64,000 nucleotides of DNA from contig CAYGUX010000007.1 of the NCBI GenBank assembly GCA_964353175.1, positions 12,088 through 76,087 of the forward strand. The letters are read 5' to 3'. A program made the translations under genes and the position numbers. This document shows, piece after piece, positions 1 through 9,705 of the stretch; position 1 is the stretch's first letter, and the number at the start of each line of letters is the position of its first letter. Source of the DNA: an uncultured Bdellovibrionales bacterium. Its GTDB lineage: Bacteria; Bdellovibrionota_C; UBA2361; SZUA-149; DAOLCO01. Below the pieces are notes generated by a model, which did not search any database, had not been told where the DNA came from, and worked only from the letters and a program-made list of their open reading frames with translations.

Positions 1-669
1 TTTGGCCTTGCTGCAGTGCTGATGTGCATATTGGTGTTTTTTGTCCCAGGTTATTCAACTGTCGTTTCCATACCTTTTTTGAAAGATGCTGGAATCAATT
101 TATCGTATCTCTACATTCCTTTTGGAATGATTGTGATTGTAGGAGCTTCCAATGCGGTTAATCTTACTGATGGGCTAGATGGTCTAGTAATCGGGCCTAC
201 AATCACTGTAGCCTTGGCTTATGGTGTATTTGCTTACGTCGCAGGCCATGCCAAAATAGCCGAATACCTACAGATTGCATTTCTACCAGGAGCGGGGGAT
301 CTTTGTATCTTTGCTTCAGCACTAGTTGCCGGTGGATTAGGCTTCCTATGGTACAACACTTATCCCGCACAAGTATTTATGGGCGATGTTGGCGCATTGG
401 CAATTGGAGGAGCTTTAGGCATGTTGTCTGTCATGGTAAAACAAGAGCTTTTGTTGATTGTTGCTGGTGGTGTATTTGTGATTGAAGCTATGTCAGTAAT
501 GATACAAGTAATGTTTTTTAAGAGAACTGGTAAAAGAATATTTAAGATGGCGCCAATCCATCATCACTTTGAATTAAAAGGAATGAGTGAGCCTAAGATT
601 ATCGTTAGAGCTTGGATAATTTCTCTAGTGTTGGCAGTTCTAAGTATTGCTACATTGAAGTTAAGATAG
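1..669 (+). CDS. mraY: Phospho-N-acetylmuramoyl-pentapeptide transferase MraY, 5'-truncated by the window edge (C-terminal ~222 aa present)
   Basis: The reading frame is open from base 1 (FGLAAVLM...). Conserved MraY motifs are present: [12 protein letters not shown], the polytopic membrane stretch and the C-terminal HHHFEL motif. Confidence 0.9.
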   Translation, partial: FGLAAVLMCILVFFVPGYSTVVSIPFLKDAGINLSYLYIPFGMIVIVGASNAVNLTDGLDGLVIGPTITVALAYGVFAYVAGHAKIAEYLQIAFLPGAGDLCIFASALVAGGLGFLWYNTYPAQVFMGDVGALAIGGALGMLSVMVKQELLLIVAGGVFVIEAMSVMIQVMFFKRTGKRIFKMAPIHHHFELKGMSEPKIIVRAWIISLVLAVLSIATLKLR

Positions 670-768
670 CTTCCAACCTTAACAAATTTAAGTTAAAAAA
701 TTAGACTGACGAAAGATTGTCAGAACTGATATAGCTAAGACTGTTATATGTATATTGGGCGAGCATGT

Positions 769-804
769 CTCTATGCCCGATAACATTACTTATCGGGCAT
801 AGAG
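769..804. repeat. Perfect 15-bp inverted repeat (ctctatgcccgataa / ttatcgggcatagag) with a 6-nt loop, in the mraY-TraB intergenic region
   Basis: Read directly from the sequence. No T-tract follows it, so it is not a canonical intrinsic terminator and could be an operator or an RNA structure. Confidence 0.7.
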
Positions 805-844
805 GTTATGCCAATTAAATACTTGTAATCATTAAGATTTTTCT

Positions 845-2029
845 ATGTTACCAGAAGTTGACGGACCCTTAGAAAAGATTGTCTTACCGAATGGTAATGT
901 TTTATATCTGTTTGGAACAGCCCATGTAAGCGCCAAAAGTGCTACGGATGTAGAAACTCTCATTAGAGCCATTCAACCAGACAATGTATCAATAGAACTT
1001 TGTGCTCAAAGATTTGAAACTCTCTCTAATCCAGAAAAGTGGAAAGAGACGGACATTTTCTCATTGATTAAGTCTGGTAAATCCTCAGTACTTTTAGTGC
1101 AATTGATTTTAGCTTCATATCAAAAAAGAATCGCCAATAAATTGAAGATAAGGCCTGGTGCTGAAATGCATAAGGCGATTGAAATATCAAAAGAATTAGA
1201 TATTCCCCTACTCCTAGTTGATAGAGACATAAAAATTACTCTAAGAAGAGCTTGGTACAATATCTCTCTTTTAGATCTATCAAAAATAGTTTTCTCAAGT
1301 ATATTTTCCAAAGGAAGTGATGATGATATTTCTGAAGAAGAAATAGAAGCACTTAAGAATGAAGATGAATTAAGTAGCGCTTTGAAGGAATTCTCAGATA
1401 GACTTCCAAAGCTTAAAAACGCCCTTGTAGATGAGAGAGACGTTTATATGTCTTCAATGCTATGCGAATCCAAGTCGATGACTACCCTAGCCGTAGTCGG
1501 TGCAGGACACGTACCCGGAATGCTAAAATTATTGGAAGAAACAACTTCAGGCATAATAGATAGGCAAGGTATCTCAGAAATACCCCCTCCGAGTTTAATG
1601 ACTAAATTTTTAATTTATGGGATTCCAGGGATTCTAGCGATATTGACTCTATACGTATTTATTGTCTTTGATTATCAAACAGGCTTAGCGATGCTTGGTA
1701 CTTGGGCCTTCACAACTGGCATCTTTGCTGCGATTGGAGCTGCAATCGCCTTTGCTCATCCACTTTCAATTCTTACTGCTGGACTTATAGCTCCCTTTGC
1801 TGCATTACATCCTGGGATAGCCACAGGATGGGTTTCTGGCCTTGTGGAGGCTTGGCTAAGGAAACCTACAGTCAGCGATTTTGAAAATATTAGTGATGAG
1901 ATGGAAAGCTTTAAGGGATTATGGGGGAATCGAGTCATGCGGATATTGCTTGTAGTTGCTTTCTCTAACTTAGGTTGTATGGTGGGTATGTGGGTTGGAT
2001 CTGCACAGTTAGCGGGTAAACTTTTTTAG
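845..2029 (+). CDS. TraB/GumN family protein (pheromone-shutdown-like) with C-terminal transmembrane segments
   Basis: The N-terminal LYLFGTAHVS...IELCAQR pattern is typical of the TraB family. The C-terminal half is hydrophobic. Confidence 0.75.
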   Translation: MLPEVDGPLEKIVLPNGNVLYLFGTAHVSAKSATDVETLIRAIQPDNVSIELCAQRFETLSNPEKWKETDIFSLIKSGKSSVLLVQLILASYQKRIANKLKIRPGAEMHKAIEISKELDIPLLLVDRDIKITLRRAWYNISLLDLSKIVFSSIFSKGSDDDISEEEIEALKNEDELSSALKEFSDRLPKLKNALVDERDVYMSSMLCESKSMTTLAVVGAGHVPGMLKLLEETTSGIIDRQGISEIPPPSLMTKFLIYGIPGILAILTLYVFIVFDYQTGLAMLGTWAFTTGIFAAIGAAIAFAHPLSILTAGLIAPFAALHPGIATGWVSGLVEAWLRKPTVSDFENISDEMESFKGLWGNRVMRILLVVAFSNLGCMVGMWVGSAQLAGKLF

Positions 2030-2124
2030 ATTAAGCTTTGGTTAAATCTAAAAAGATAAACAGAGGCACTCTATAAAATAAAAGAAAGCCTTTATTATTT
2101 AGTTATAAAAATATAATCTGTAAC

Positions 2125-2619
2125 ATGAATGAATTAATATTTTATCTCCATCCAATTTTTGCTAGTTTCCCATTCGCAATTCTTTTAGTGGTATTTCTAA
2201 CTGAGCTGGCTTGTTACTTTGCAGATACTGCTCAATGGAGAATATTCTCATGTTTTTTAGTTTGCATTGCCACTATATTAAGTTTGGCCACTTATTACAC
2301 GGGCTTTTTTTCCGCTACAAATGCGAGCCTAACCTTTCAGGTATCGGAGGAAGTTATATCAATGCATCAAGTTAGTGCAAAACTGTACCTTCTTTCTATT
2401 TTTCCAACCGTGTTATTCTCAATTTTAAGAGCAATAAAACAAAGTGAATTATTACATTGGTTTTTCGTTCCATGTTTAATTTGTAGCCTATTACTCTCAG
2501 GCTTAGCTAGTCATCGCGGTGGAATGTTAGTATTTCAAGAAGGCGCAGGGGTTCAAAGAGAATGTCCAGCTTGTAATAGCGAAACTAAAAATCCTCTTGA
2601 TATAGCGACAGATAAGTAG
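2125..2619 (+). CDS. Hypothetical polytopic membrane protein with a Cys-containing C-terminus (ECPACNSE)
   Basis: ORF with 4-5 predicted hydrophobic helices. I recognise no family. Confidence 0.45.
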   Translation: MNELIFYLHPIFASFPFAILLVVFLTELACYFADTAQWRIFSCFLVCIATILSLATYYTGFFSATNASLTFQVSEEVISMHQVSAKLYLLSIFPTVLFSILRAIKQSELLHWFFVPCLICSLLLSGLASHRGGMLVFQEGAGVQRECPACNSETKNPLDIATDK

Positions 2620-2786
2620 TTATATTCTTACAGATTTATGTTTTTATTTTCTTTGACGATATATAAATATAAGTTTTAAAAGCCCTTAAATGGTGAGAGC
2701 TAAAAATCCAAATTAAAAGTTCTCTTTCTAGGCTCCGAAGTTAGTTTAAATGAATGAATAACAACTTAATAGATGTGTGCTTATAG

Positions 2787-3233
2787 ATGAATACAGAGGG
2801 TTTCCCAAAAGTTTTTGGTCCAGTTCTAATAATAGACGATCACAAGGAGTTTCGTACTACTCTTAAGGAATTCCTAGAAGAGAAAGGCATGAGAACAATC
2901 GTCTTAAATTCAGCCCTTCATGCAACTAAATTTATTCAGAATCAGCCTTGGAACTGGTATCCTAGTCTGATTTTCACAGACATCGTCATGGACGGTATGG
3001 GTGGGTATCAATTCATTCGTGGCCTAGAAGAGCTTTATCCTCGTAAATATATTCCAGTTGTAGTTATATCTAAACTTAATACGACTATAGATATAGGAGA
3101 AGCTGAAGCAGCAGGCGCTGCTGGGTATATCACCAAACCACTTGATTTTGATCGCATTGAACAAGTACTTAAATTGATCCTGAAAAAGACAAAAAAGGGA
3201 GTCCCAATATTCGTCTCTCCACTTTCTCAATAG
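2787..3233 (+). CDS. Stand-alone response-regulator receiver (CheY-like) domain protein
   Basis: The receiver-domain architecture is present: acidic pocket (IIDD), the phospho-acceptor region (FTDIVMDGMGG) and a KP motif (YITKPLDF). There is no output domain. Confidence 0.75.
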   Translation: MNTEGFPKVFGPVLIIDDHKEFRTTLKEFLEEKGMRTIVLNSALHATKFIQNQPWNWYPSLIFTDIVMDGMGGYQFIRGLEELYPRKYIPVVVISKLNTTIDIGEAEAAGAAGYITKPLDFDRIEQVLKLILKKTKKGVPIFVSPLSQ

Positions 3234-3276
3234 ACCCTGCCTTCTAAATTAAAATAGAATGAGTTCTAAGCTACCT

Positions 3277-3867
3277 CTAAACCGGGCACTTTCTATCCTT
3301 TTCTTGCAACCACGTGGGGGCGTCTTTTTGCTCCTCTGCCAGCACGTAGCGTCCGAGCACAAAAAACAAATCACTTAATCTATTTATATAAATAATTAAG
3401 TTTTTACTTATTTCTTCTTCTCTACTTAAACTTATGGTGACTCTTTCAAGACGCCGGCAAACAGTCCTAGCTAAATGTAAGTATGAAGCAAGGGCTGATC
3501 CGCCGGGCAATATGAACGATGCTAAGGGAAGTAAATTTTCATTAAACTTATCACAAAGATATTCTAAATTTTCGATATGACTGTTCGCTACTTCCCATTT
3601 ATTCGGATAGGAATAACTGCTTGGAGTAGCCAATTCAGCTCCAATGTCAAAAAGCTCTTGCTGCAGAAACTCAATTAAAGAAAATAGATCTAATTTATAA
3701 TTAAATGACAGCTGTTCTTTACATACACCCAATATGCTATTTAGTTCATCAACCGTACCAAAAGCTTCACAGCGTAAGGAGTCCTTTGGCACACGAGTTC
3801 CATCCACCAAAGATGTCTCTCCCTTATCACCTGATCGCGTATATACTCGATTAATCGTAATACTCAT
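3277..3867 (-). CDS. PduO-type ATP:cob(I)alamin adenosyltransferase
   Basis: The N-terminal IYTRSGDKGETSL motif and the ~190-aa length are characteristic of PduO/MMAB-type adenosyltransferases. Confidence 0.8.
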   Translation of the reverse strand: MSITINRVYTRSGDKGETSLVDGTRVPKDSLRCEAFGTVDELNSILGVCKEQLSFNYKLDLFSLIEFLQQELFDIGAELATPSSYSYPNKWEVANSHIENLEYLCDKFNENLLPLASFILPGGSALASYLHLARTVCRRLERVTISLSREEEISKNLIIYINRLSDLFFVLGRYVLAEEQKDAPTWLQEKDRKCPV

Positions 3868-3876
3868 CGTAAGTAC

Positions 3877-4593
3877 TTAGGATAGAGAATAGCCTAACTC
3901 ATAGAGCGCTACCTTTGTCTGCTCTTCTAACTCAGGCTTTAGTTTAAGCTGATCAGATATAAAGTTTTGATTATCTTTTTTTGTCTCTTCTGAAGAAAAG
4001 ATCATGAGCAAACTAGCCACCTGCGGAAAAACTACCTTACTTTCTAATAGTAATGACTTAACTTCATTCAACCCAATTTCTGTTTTTCCAGATTCCAAAA
4101 GGAATCTGCATTTTATAAGTTTAATCATCTCATATAAAATCAAAGAATCTTTCGAATCCTTATACTTTAGCAATGTAGAATTCAAAGTAGCTTCTTCTTC
4201 AGTTGAAAGATCCTTCCCTTTGAAGTTTTTAAATCCTAGATTAAGTATTGTTGCAAACGAACTGTATGTACTTGAGTCAGATTGCACCAACCTAGCAAGG
4301 TTCCCAACAATTCTATCTTCCTGCTCTACCAAATCCTTTGAAGGGTCCTCCTTTAAGGTTTGTTCGATCAGAGCATTAAGATCGGTAGCTATTGAGCTAA
4401 ACTGAGCTGATGCCTCACCTTCCCTTTGAGCTATAGTTTCCTTGTATTCGGAATAGAACCAGATTCCAGCTAAAACAAACATTGCTAGATATAAAAGATT
4501 TTTCCACTGTCTTTCGAATACCCCAACCGCGTAGTCTTCAGTTAGGAGAGTTTCATTATTTACTCTGTCAGGGTTTGACTTTGGCAATGCCAT
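3877..4593 (-). CDS. Hypothetical single-pass membrane protein with a helical, possibly TPR-like periplasmic region (YfgM-like architecture)
   Basis: One N-terminal transmembrane segment (LYLAMFVLAGIWFY) followed by a helical domain. The family assignment is tentative. Confidence 0.4.
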   Translation of the reverse strand: MALPKSNPDRVNNETLLTEDYAVGVFERQWKNLLYLAMFVLAGIWFYSEYKETIAQREGEASAQFSSIATDLNALIEQTLKEDPSKDLVEQEDRIVGNLARLVQSDSSTYSSFATILNLGFKNFKGKDLSTEEEATLNSTLLKYKDSKDSLILYEMIKLIKCRFLLESGKTEIGLNEVKSLLLESKVVFPQVASLLMIFSSEETKKDNQNFISDQLKLKPELEEQTKVALYELGYSLS

Positions 4594-4631
4594 ATTTTTA
4601 TCCTCAATTAATCTTAACTAATTATTTCTAA

Positions 4632-5279
4632 TTACATTTTATATTTGAAATCGTTAGGATCCATTTCAGCTAACATTTCACTTAACTGATCTTTATCTAA
4701 TTCCGAAAATTGCACTATTCGTTCTCTCTTGGGGTCACCTTCTTCTCTACCAATGGAATTCACAAACTCTTCCTCTTTACTCAAATGAAGTTCATCTTCA
4801 TCGCCCGCAATAAAATCCCCGATAGTTCCCGTTGGATTGCCTTCAGCATCAACTGGAATTAAAGTTGCTTGTGCTCTATCAAGAACGTCTAAATTTACGA
4901 ATATAGGAACTTCTAAGCGAACCGCCAATGCCAAGGCATCACTAGGCCTCGCATCCAATTCCTTTATCTCATCACCAACTCGAAGTTCAATCTTAGCAAA
5001 AAAGGTGTTTTCTTCTAGGCCTACGATTGCAATCTTCCCAACTTTAGTGCCTAACAACTCAATTGTATTCTGAAGTAGATCATGGGTCATAGGTCGGGGT
5101 GAGACTATTCCCTTCAAAGTACTTGCGATAGAAGCTGCTTCACTAACTCCGATCCAAATTGGTAAACATATCTCCTGATCCGGCACCTTTAAGACAACAA
5201 TAGGTGCATTGGAGACTGGATCAACTACAAGCCCTAAAATAATCATCTCTATTTCTTCTTGATCTGAAAATTTGCTCAT
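4632..5279 (-). CDS. Bifunctional nuclease (BFN/DUF151) domain protein with an acidic C-terminal extension
   Basis: LGLVVD...PIVVL...PIWIG..EA.SI and RPSDA motifs are typical of DUF151 nucleases. Confidence 0.65.
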   Translation of the reverse strand: MSKFSDQEEIEMIILGLVVDPVSNAPIVVLKVPDQEICLPIWIGVSEAASIASTLKGIVSPRPMTHDLLQNTIELLGTKVGKIAIVGLEENTFFAKIELRVGDEIKELDARPSDALALAVRLEVPIFVNLDVLDRAQATLIPVDAEGNPTGTIGDFIAGDEDELHLSKEEEFVNSIGREEGDPKRERIVQFSELDKDQLSEMLAEMDPNDFKYKM

Positions 5280-6733
5280 TGAAAATCCGACTGATATGTA
5301 TGCTGAGTAATGAGGTTAGTATCCTTTAAATTGGAAAGTTCCTCTGATTCAATTAACTTTAATCCGTGTGGCGATGCTCTCACAACTGTTCCTTTAACTA
5401 TCTCAGAAATGGGACTTTTACCAGAAAAAGTTTTAGATAGGACGAGCTCTCCAAAGATATTTCCATTTGTTCTCCCTCTATAAGTATTGGGGAGTTTGCC
5501 CTGACTTTCTATCAGAATCTCTTGCTCGGTTCCAACTAGACTTTCATTATGTTGAAGAGTTATATCAGACTGAATTTCTATAAGTTTACTTAATCTAGCA
5601 GATTTGATGGACTCCTCTATCTCCTCCTCTGGCCCATAACTTAGGCTACCCACCGTATCTGGGCGTATGGAGTATTTATAAGCGAATACAGATTGGAACT
5701 TAACACTATGGAGAAGGTCTAAGGTTTGCTCAAATTCACTATCTGTCTCCGTAGGGAAACCCACAATAACATCGGTTGTTAATGTAATAGTAGCAATAGT
5801 ATCTCTAAGTGAATTTACAATATCAATGAACCTTTCTCTCTTATAATTGCGATTCATTGCCTTTAAGATTCTATTACTACCAGATTGTAGCGGTAGATGA
5901 ATATGAGGACATAAAGTAGGTATGCTCGAATATAACTTTAAAAAATCATCTTTAATCTCTTGGGGATGAGGTGAAATAAATCTTATTCGTTTTACCCCCT
6001 CAATATTAGCTATCTCACTGATTAACGTTGAAAATTTTGCTCTAGGTAACAAGTCCAATCCATAGGAGTTTACAGTTTGCCCTAAGAGCATAACTTCACG
6101 GGCTCCCATTCTAACTTTGGCCTTAACCTCTTTAACTATCTCTTTTAAATCTCTACTTACTTGTTTCCCTCTTGTTTTAGGCACAATGCAATAAGTACAC
6201 ATTTTGTCGCACCCCCTTTGTATCGCCACAAGTGCTCTCACAGGGGTATTAAATGTTGATTTTTCTGTACTGCCAAGCGATGGCATTGCGTTTAGATCAT
6301 CAGGTAACTCTTCCCAATCTTCTCTATAGTCAATAGCTATTTGAGGTTCAGTAGAATTTCTAGCGGTGCTTACTAGTGATGGGACTAAAGAGATATTATG
6401 GGTACCTACAATGAAATCAACAAGCTTACTTCTTTTAGAAATATTTGAACCCTCTTGTTGGGCCACACAACCTCCAACTCCGATAATTAAATCGGGGTTC
6501 CTATCTTTTAAAGGTTTAAAAGTTCCAAGCAAACAGAACAACTTACTCTCCGCCTTATCTCTAACGCTACAAGTATTAACAAGTATTAAATCGGCTTGCT
6601 CTGGGTTCTCCACTCTGGAATATTCATTGGCTAAAAGCATAACCATCTTCTCAGAGTCATACTCATTCATCTGGCAGCCAAAAGTCTTTATGTAGAGGGA
6701 TTTCTTCCCTAAGTCATTCATTCTAGGTCTCAA
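5276..6733 (-). CDS. miaB: tRNA-2-methylthio-N6-dimethylallyladenosine synthase MiaB (radical-SAM methylthiotransferase)
   Basis: The IKTFGCQMNEYDSEKM N-terminus is near-identical to the MiaB MTTase domain. The CxxxCxxC radical-SAM motif (CDKMCTYC) and a TRAM-like C-terminus are present. Confidence 0.9.
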   Translation of the reverse strand: MRPRMNDLGKKSLYIKTFGCQMNEYDSEKMVMLLANEYSRVENPEQADLILVNTCSVRDKAESKLFCLLGTFKPLKDRNPDLIIGVGGCVAQQEGSNISKRSKLVDFIVGTHNISLVPSLVSTARNSTEPQIAIDYREDWEELPDDLNAMPSLGSTEKSTFNTPVRALVAIQRGCDKMCTYCIVPKTRGKQVSRDLKEIVKEVKAKVRMGAREVMLLGQTVNSYGLDLLPRAKFSTLISEIANIEGVKRIRFISPHPQEIKDDFLKLYSSIPTLCPHIHLPLQSGSNRILKAMNRNYKRERFIDIVNSLRDTIATITLTTDVIVGFPTETDSEFEQTLDLLHSVKFQSVFAYKYSIRPDTVGSLSYGPEEEIEESIKSARLSKLIEIQSDITLQHNESLVGTEQEILIESQGKLPNTYRGRTNGNIFGELVLSKTFSGKSPISEIVKGTVVRASPHGLKLIESEELSNLKDTNLITQHTYQSDFQ

Positions 6734-6885
6734 TCAATATTAAACTACAAAATCTAGGTGAGTTTATAACATAAGTTGTCATGATTTTAAAGACTTAGCC
6801 CTACCTTAATATTCAAAAGAATCCTTTAAGTTATAAAGGCTTATATCCGATAGTTTTCTAAGTAGTATCTAAGCAGTAGGATTTT

Positions 6886-9687
6886 ATGCAGTATCGTCTC
6901 TCAATTAGTTCTTTGAGGTTTGTTTTTCTGGTTATAGTTAGTTTCTCTAGCTTGGTCGTGCTAGCCGATGAAGTTATTCCAGGAGAATATCTTGTAACTT
7001 ATAACCAAAATTCTACGCGCACTTCTAGATCACTTTCCACTCAAAGCCTCGGGCTAAATGTAATTCAAAATTACGAACTAATTGATACGACTCTAGTTAG
7101 TCTTCCAAAAGGCAGAAGTCTAGATAAAAAAACTATTAAAGAATTAAAACGTAGTGGAATTATCAAGTCTATAGAACCTAACTTTAGAGTAAAAGCCTTT
7201 GCTACTCCAAACGATTCAAAATATAGCCAAATGTGGGGCTTGAATAATACAGGTCAATCTGGTGGAACCGTAGATGTTGATATAGATGCTCCTGAGGCAT
7301 GGAATATATCACAAGGTAGTAGTGAAGTTATAATCGCAGTATTGGACACTGGAGTTCTATATACTCATCCCGACCTTAAAAATAATATGTGGAATAACTC
7401 AGCTGAGATACCCGGCAATGGTATTGATGATGATGGTAATGGGTATGTTGATGATGTACATGGGATCAACTCCATTACTAATGCCGGCGACCCGAAAGAT
7501 GACAATGGTCATGGTACACATTGCGCCGGAGTTATTGCGGGAGTAACTAATAATTCTGAAGGTATCTCTGGTGTTTCCTGGAATTCCAAAATAATGGCAT
7601 TGAAATTCCTAGATAACTCAGGCTCTGGAAGTTTGAGTGATGCAATTCAAGGCATTCAATATGTCATTGCGATGAAACAAAAAGGTGTAAATGTAAAGGC
7701 AATTAGTAATTCGTGGGGTGGAAGTGGATATTCAGCTTCCTTAGAGAGTGCTATAGAGTTAGCCAATTCCTATGGCATTGTTTTTATTGCCGCCGCTGGA
7801 AATGAATCTAACGATAACGATAGCAAAGCAAGTTACCCAGCGAGCTATGACTTAGATAATGTTATAACAGTGGCTGCATTGGATAAATCTGGGAATTTAG
7901 CTAGCTTTTCTAACTTTGGTAGGAATTCAGTCCATGTAGCAGCACCAGGGGTTAGTATTTTAAGCACTTACCTAAATAACCAATACACACTCCTAAGCGG
8001 AACTTCAATGGCAACTCCCTTTGTCAGCGGAATTACGGCCTTAATTCTATCCACTCAGAATTTAACGCCTTTACAAGTTAAAAGTAAATTGATGAGTACG
8101 GTTAAGCCACTCAATACCTTACAAGGGTTAGTAAAAAGTGCAGGTATTGTAAGTGCGTACAGAGCACTAAGTGATTCAAGCATACCCCTGCCCCCAGTAA
8201 ATAACACCATATCATACAAAAGCACACCTAAAGCATACGATTGGAATGAAGACCTAGGAAGTAAAATTTCATCTGCGGATGATGCTTATGTATTAGTAAA
8301 TACGAATTTTGATTTTAAATACTTCGGAACAAGCTATAGAAAATTTGCCATCTCAACAAACGGAAGAATTCAACCTTTAGCTCAGGATGAATCAGCACCT
8401 ACAACGGAAGACTATAATAGTAGTCTGTATAAAGGTATTAGTCCTTACAATGCTGATTTAGTAGCATCTAATATCTCTAACGATGGTGGAGTTTGGGCAA
8501 AGGACAATGGATCTAGCCTAAGAATTACTTGGGTATCCATACCATACGAAATTAATAATTCGAGTTCTAGTGACAAAGAAATTAGATTTAGTGTAACTCT
8601 AAAAGCCAGTGGTGATATTGAATTTAATTATAATGACACGAATACAGGCAATACAAACTATGATTACGGTAATAGAGCAGTAGTCTCACTTTCTCCTATA
8701 TCGCCCGGTAGCGGAACCAATCTTATAATCTCAAATACCACCTCAAATGAAGCTATTATTGGCAACCAAAAGGGTTTAACAATTAGTTCACAATCCAAAG
8801 CTGTTTTTAATGATATCGATGGAGACTCAAAGTCAGATTTAATAGTATGGAGACCATCTACTGCAATGTTCTATATCTCTCCATCCTCTGCAATTTATGA
8901 TTCGAAATCTACTCTTAGTTATCAACTAGGTTTACCAGGGGATATACCTAAGTCAGGGGAATTTGACGGAGATAAAAAGACTGATTTAGCAGTATTTAGA
9001 CCGAGCAATGGTACCTGGTATCTCAGAATGTCATCTGGGTCATTTGAAACTATTACTTCGATTCAGTGGGGCTTACCAGGGGATCAGCCTTTAGTAGGTG
9101 ATGTTGATGGGGATGGAGTTAGTGACCTAATAGTATATAGACCGAACTCTGCCGCATTTTTTGTGCTTTTATCTAGTCAAGGTTTTAATCGAAGCGCCGC
9201 CTTTAGTGGTACCGCTTCTAGTGTTAGAGCTGTTTCACTAGGAGGGCCAGCTAATGATCCAGTTATTGGAGATGCAAATGGAGATGGAACAGATGACTTA
9301 GGCACTGTGTGGCAATTAGTCAGGTTTTGGACACTTAAAACGAGTGAAAATGCGACAATATATTCACTCCCTTGGGGGATGCCTGGAGATACCCCTCTTT
9401 TTTGTAATTTAGATAGTGATAAAATCGCGGACAGAGTAATTGCAAGGGTCGAAAGCAACAATTCTCTCTCCTGGTACACAGCCTATGGCACAGGCGCAGG
9501 TAGTGTAGTTTCCTTCGGATCACTTGGAGATACGCCTTCTTGTAAAATGGATACCAATGGAGATGGTCAAGGAGACTATGTGGCGTTTAGAAACAATAGT
9601 GGGATTTGGTTTTTAAAAGAGTCTAACAGCGACTTAATAACCCAGTATCAGTTTGGTTTGCCTGGGGATATTCCACTAACCCTCTAA
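6886..9687 (+). CDS. Secreted subtilisin-like serine protease (peptidase S8) fused to a C-terminal FG-GAP/VCBS-like beta-propeller repeat domain
   Basis: Signal peptide is present. The Asp/His/Ser catalytic triad sits in the contexts AVLDTGV, HGTHCAG and GTSMATP. The C-terminal half carries at least 5 repeats of DxDGDxxxDLxVxRPSxxxWY. Confidence 0.85.
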   Translation: MQYRLSISSLRFVFLVIVSFSSLVVLADEVIPGEYLVTYNQNSTRTSRSLSTQSLGLNVIQNYELIDTTLVSLPKGRSLDKKTIKELKRSGIIKSIEPNFRVKAFATPNDSKYSQMWGLNNTGQSGGTVDVDIDAPEAWNISQGSSEVIIAVLDTGVLYTHPDLKNNMWNNSAEIPGNGIDDDGNGYVDDVHGINSITNAGDPKDDNGHGTHCAGVIAGVTNNSEGISGVSWNSKIMALKFLDNSGSGSLSDAIQGIQYVIAMKQKGVNVKAISNSWGGSGYSASLESAIELANSYGIVFIAAAGNESNDNDSKASYPASYDLDNVITVAALDKSGNLASFSNFGRNSVHVAAPGVSILSTYLNNQYTLLSGTSMATPFVSGITALILSTQNLTPLQVKSKLMSTVKPLNTLQGLVKSAGIVSAYRALSDSSIPLPPVNNTISYKSTPKAYDWNEDLGSKISSADDAYVLVNTNFDFKYFGTSYRKFAISTNGRIQPLAQDESAPTTEDYNSSLYKGISPYNADLVASNISNDGGVWAKDNGSSLRITWVSIPYEINNSSSSDKEIRFSVTLKASGDIEFNYNDTNTGNTNYDYGNRAVVSLSPISPGSGTNLIISNTTSNEAIIGNQKGLTISSQSKAVFNDIDGDSKSDLIVWRPSTAMFYISPSSAIYDSKSTLSYQLGLPGDIPKSGEFDGDKKTDLAVFRPSNGTWYLRMSSGSFETITSIQWGLPGDQPLVGDVDGDGVSDLIVYRPNSAAFFVLLSSQGFNRSAAFSGTASSVRAVSLGGPANDPVIGDANGDGTDDLGTVWQLVRFWTLKTSENATIYSLPWGMPGDTPLFCNLDSDKIADRVIARVESNNSLSWYTAYGTGAGSVVSFGSLGDTPSCKMDTNGDGQGDYVAFRNNSGIWFLKESNSDLITQYQFGLPGDIPLTL

Positions 9688-9705
9688 ATGAAGTTTGTGT
9701 AGAAT

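Noticed and set aside
303-485. Numerous 60-110-aa ORFs embedded in or antisense to larger genes (for example 303..485, 1120..1311, 4004..4405, 6366..6695, 25139..25573, 48995..49585)
   Set aside because: They overlap strongly supported CDSs in other frames. They show no recognisable protein features, and their composition is what is expected from frame-shifted or antisense translation of AT-rich coding DNA.
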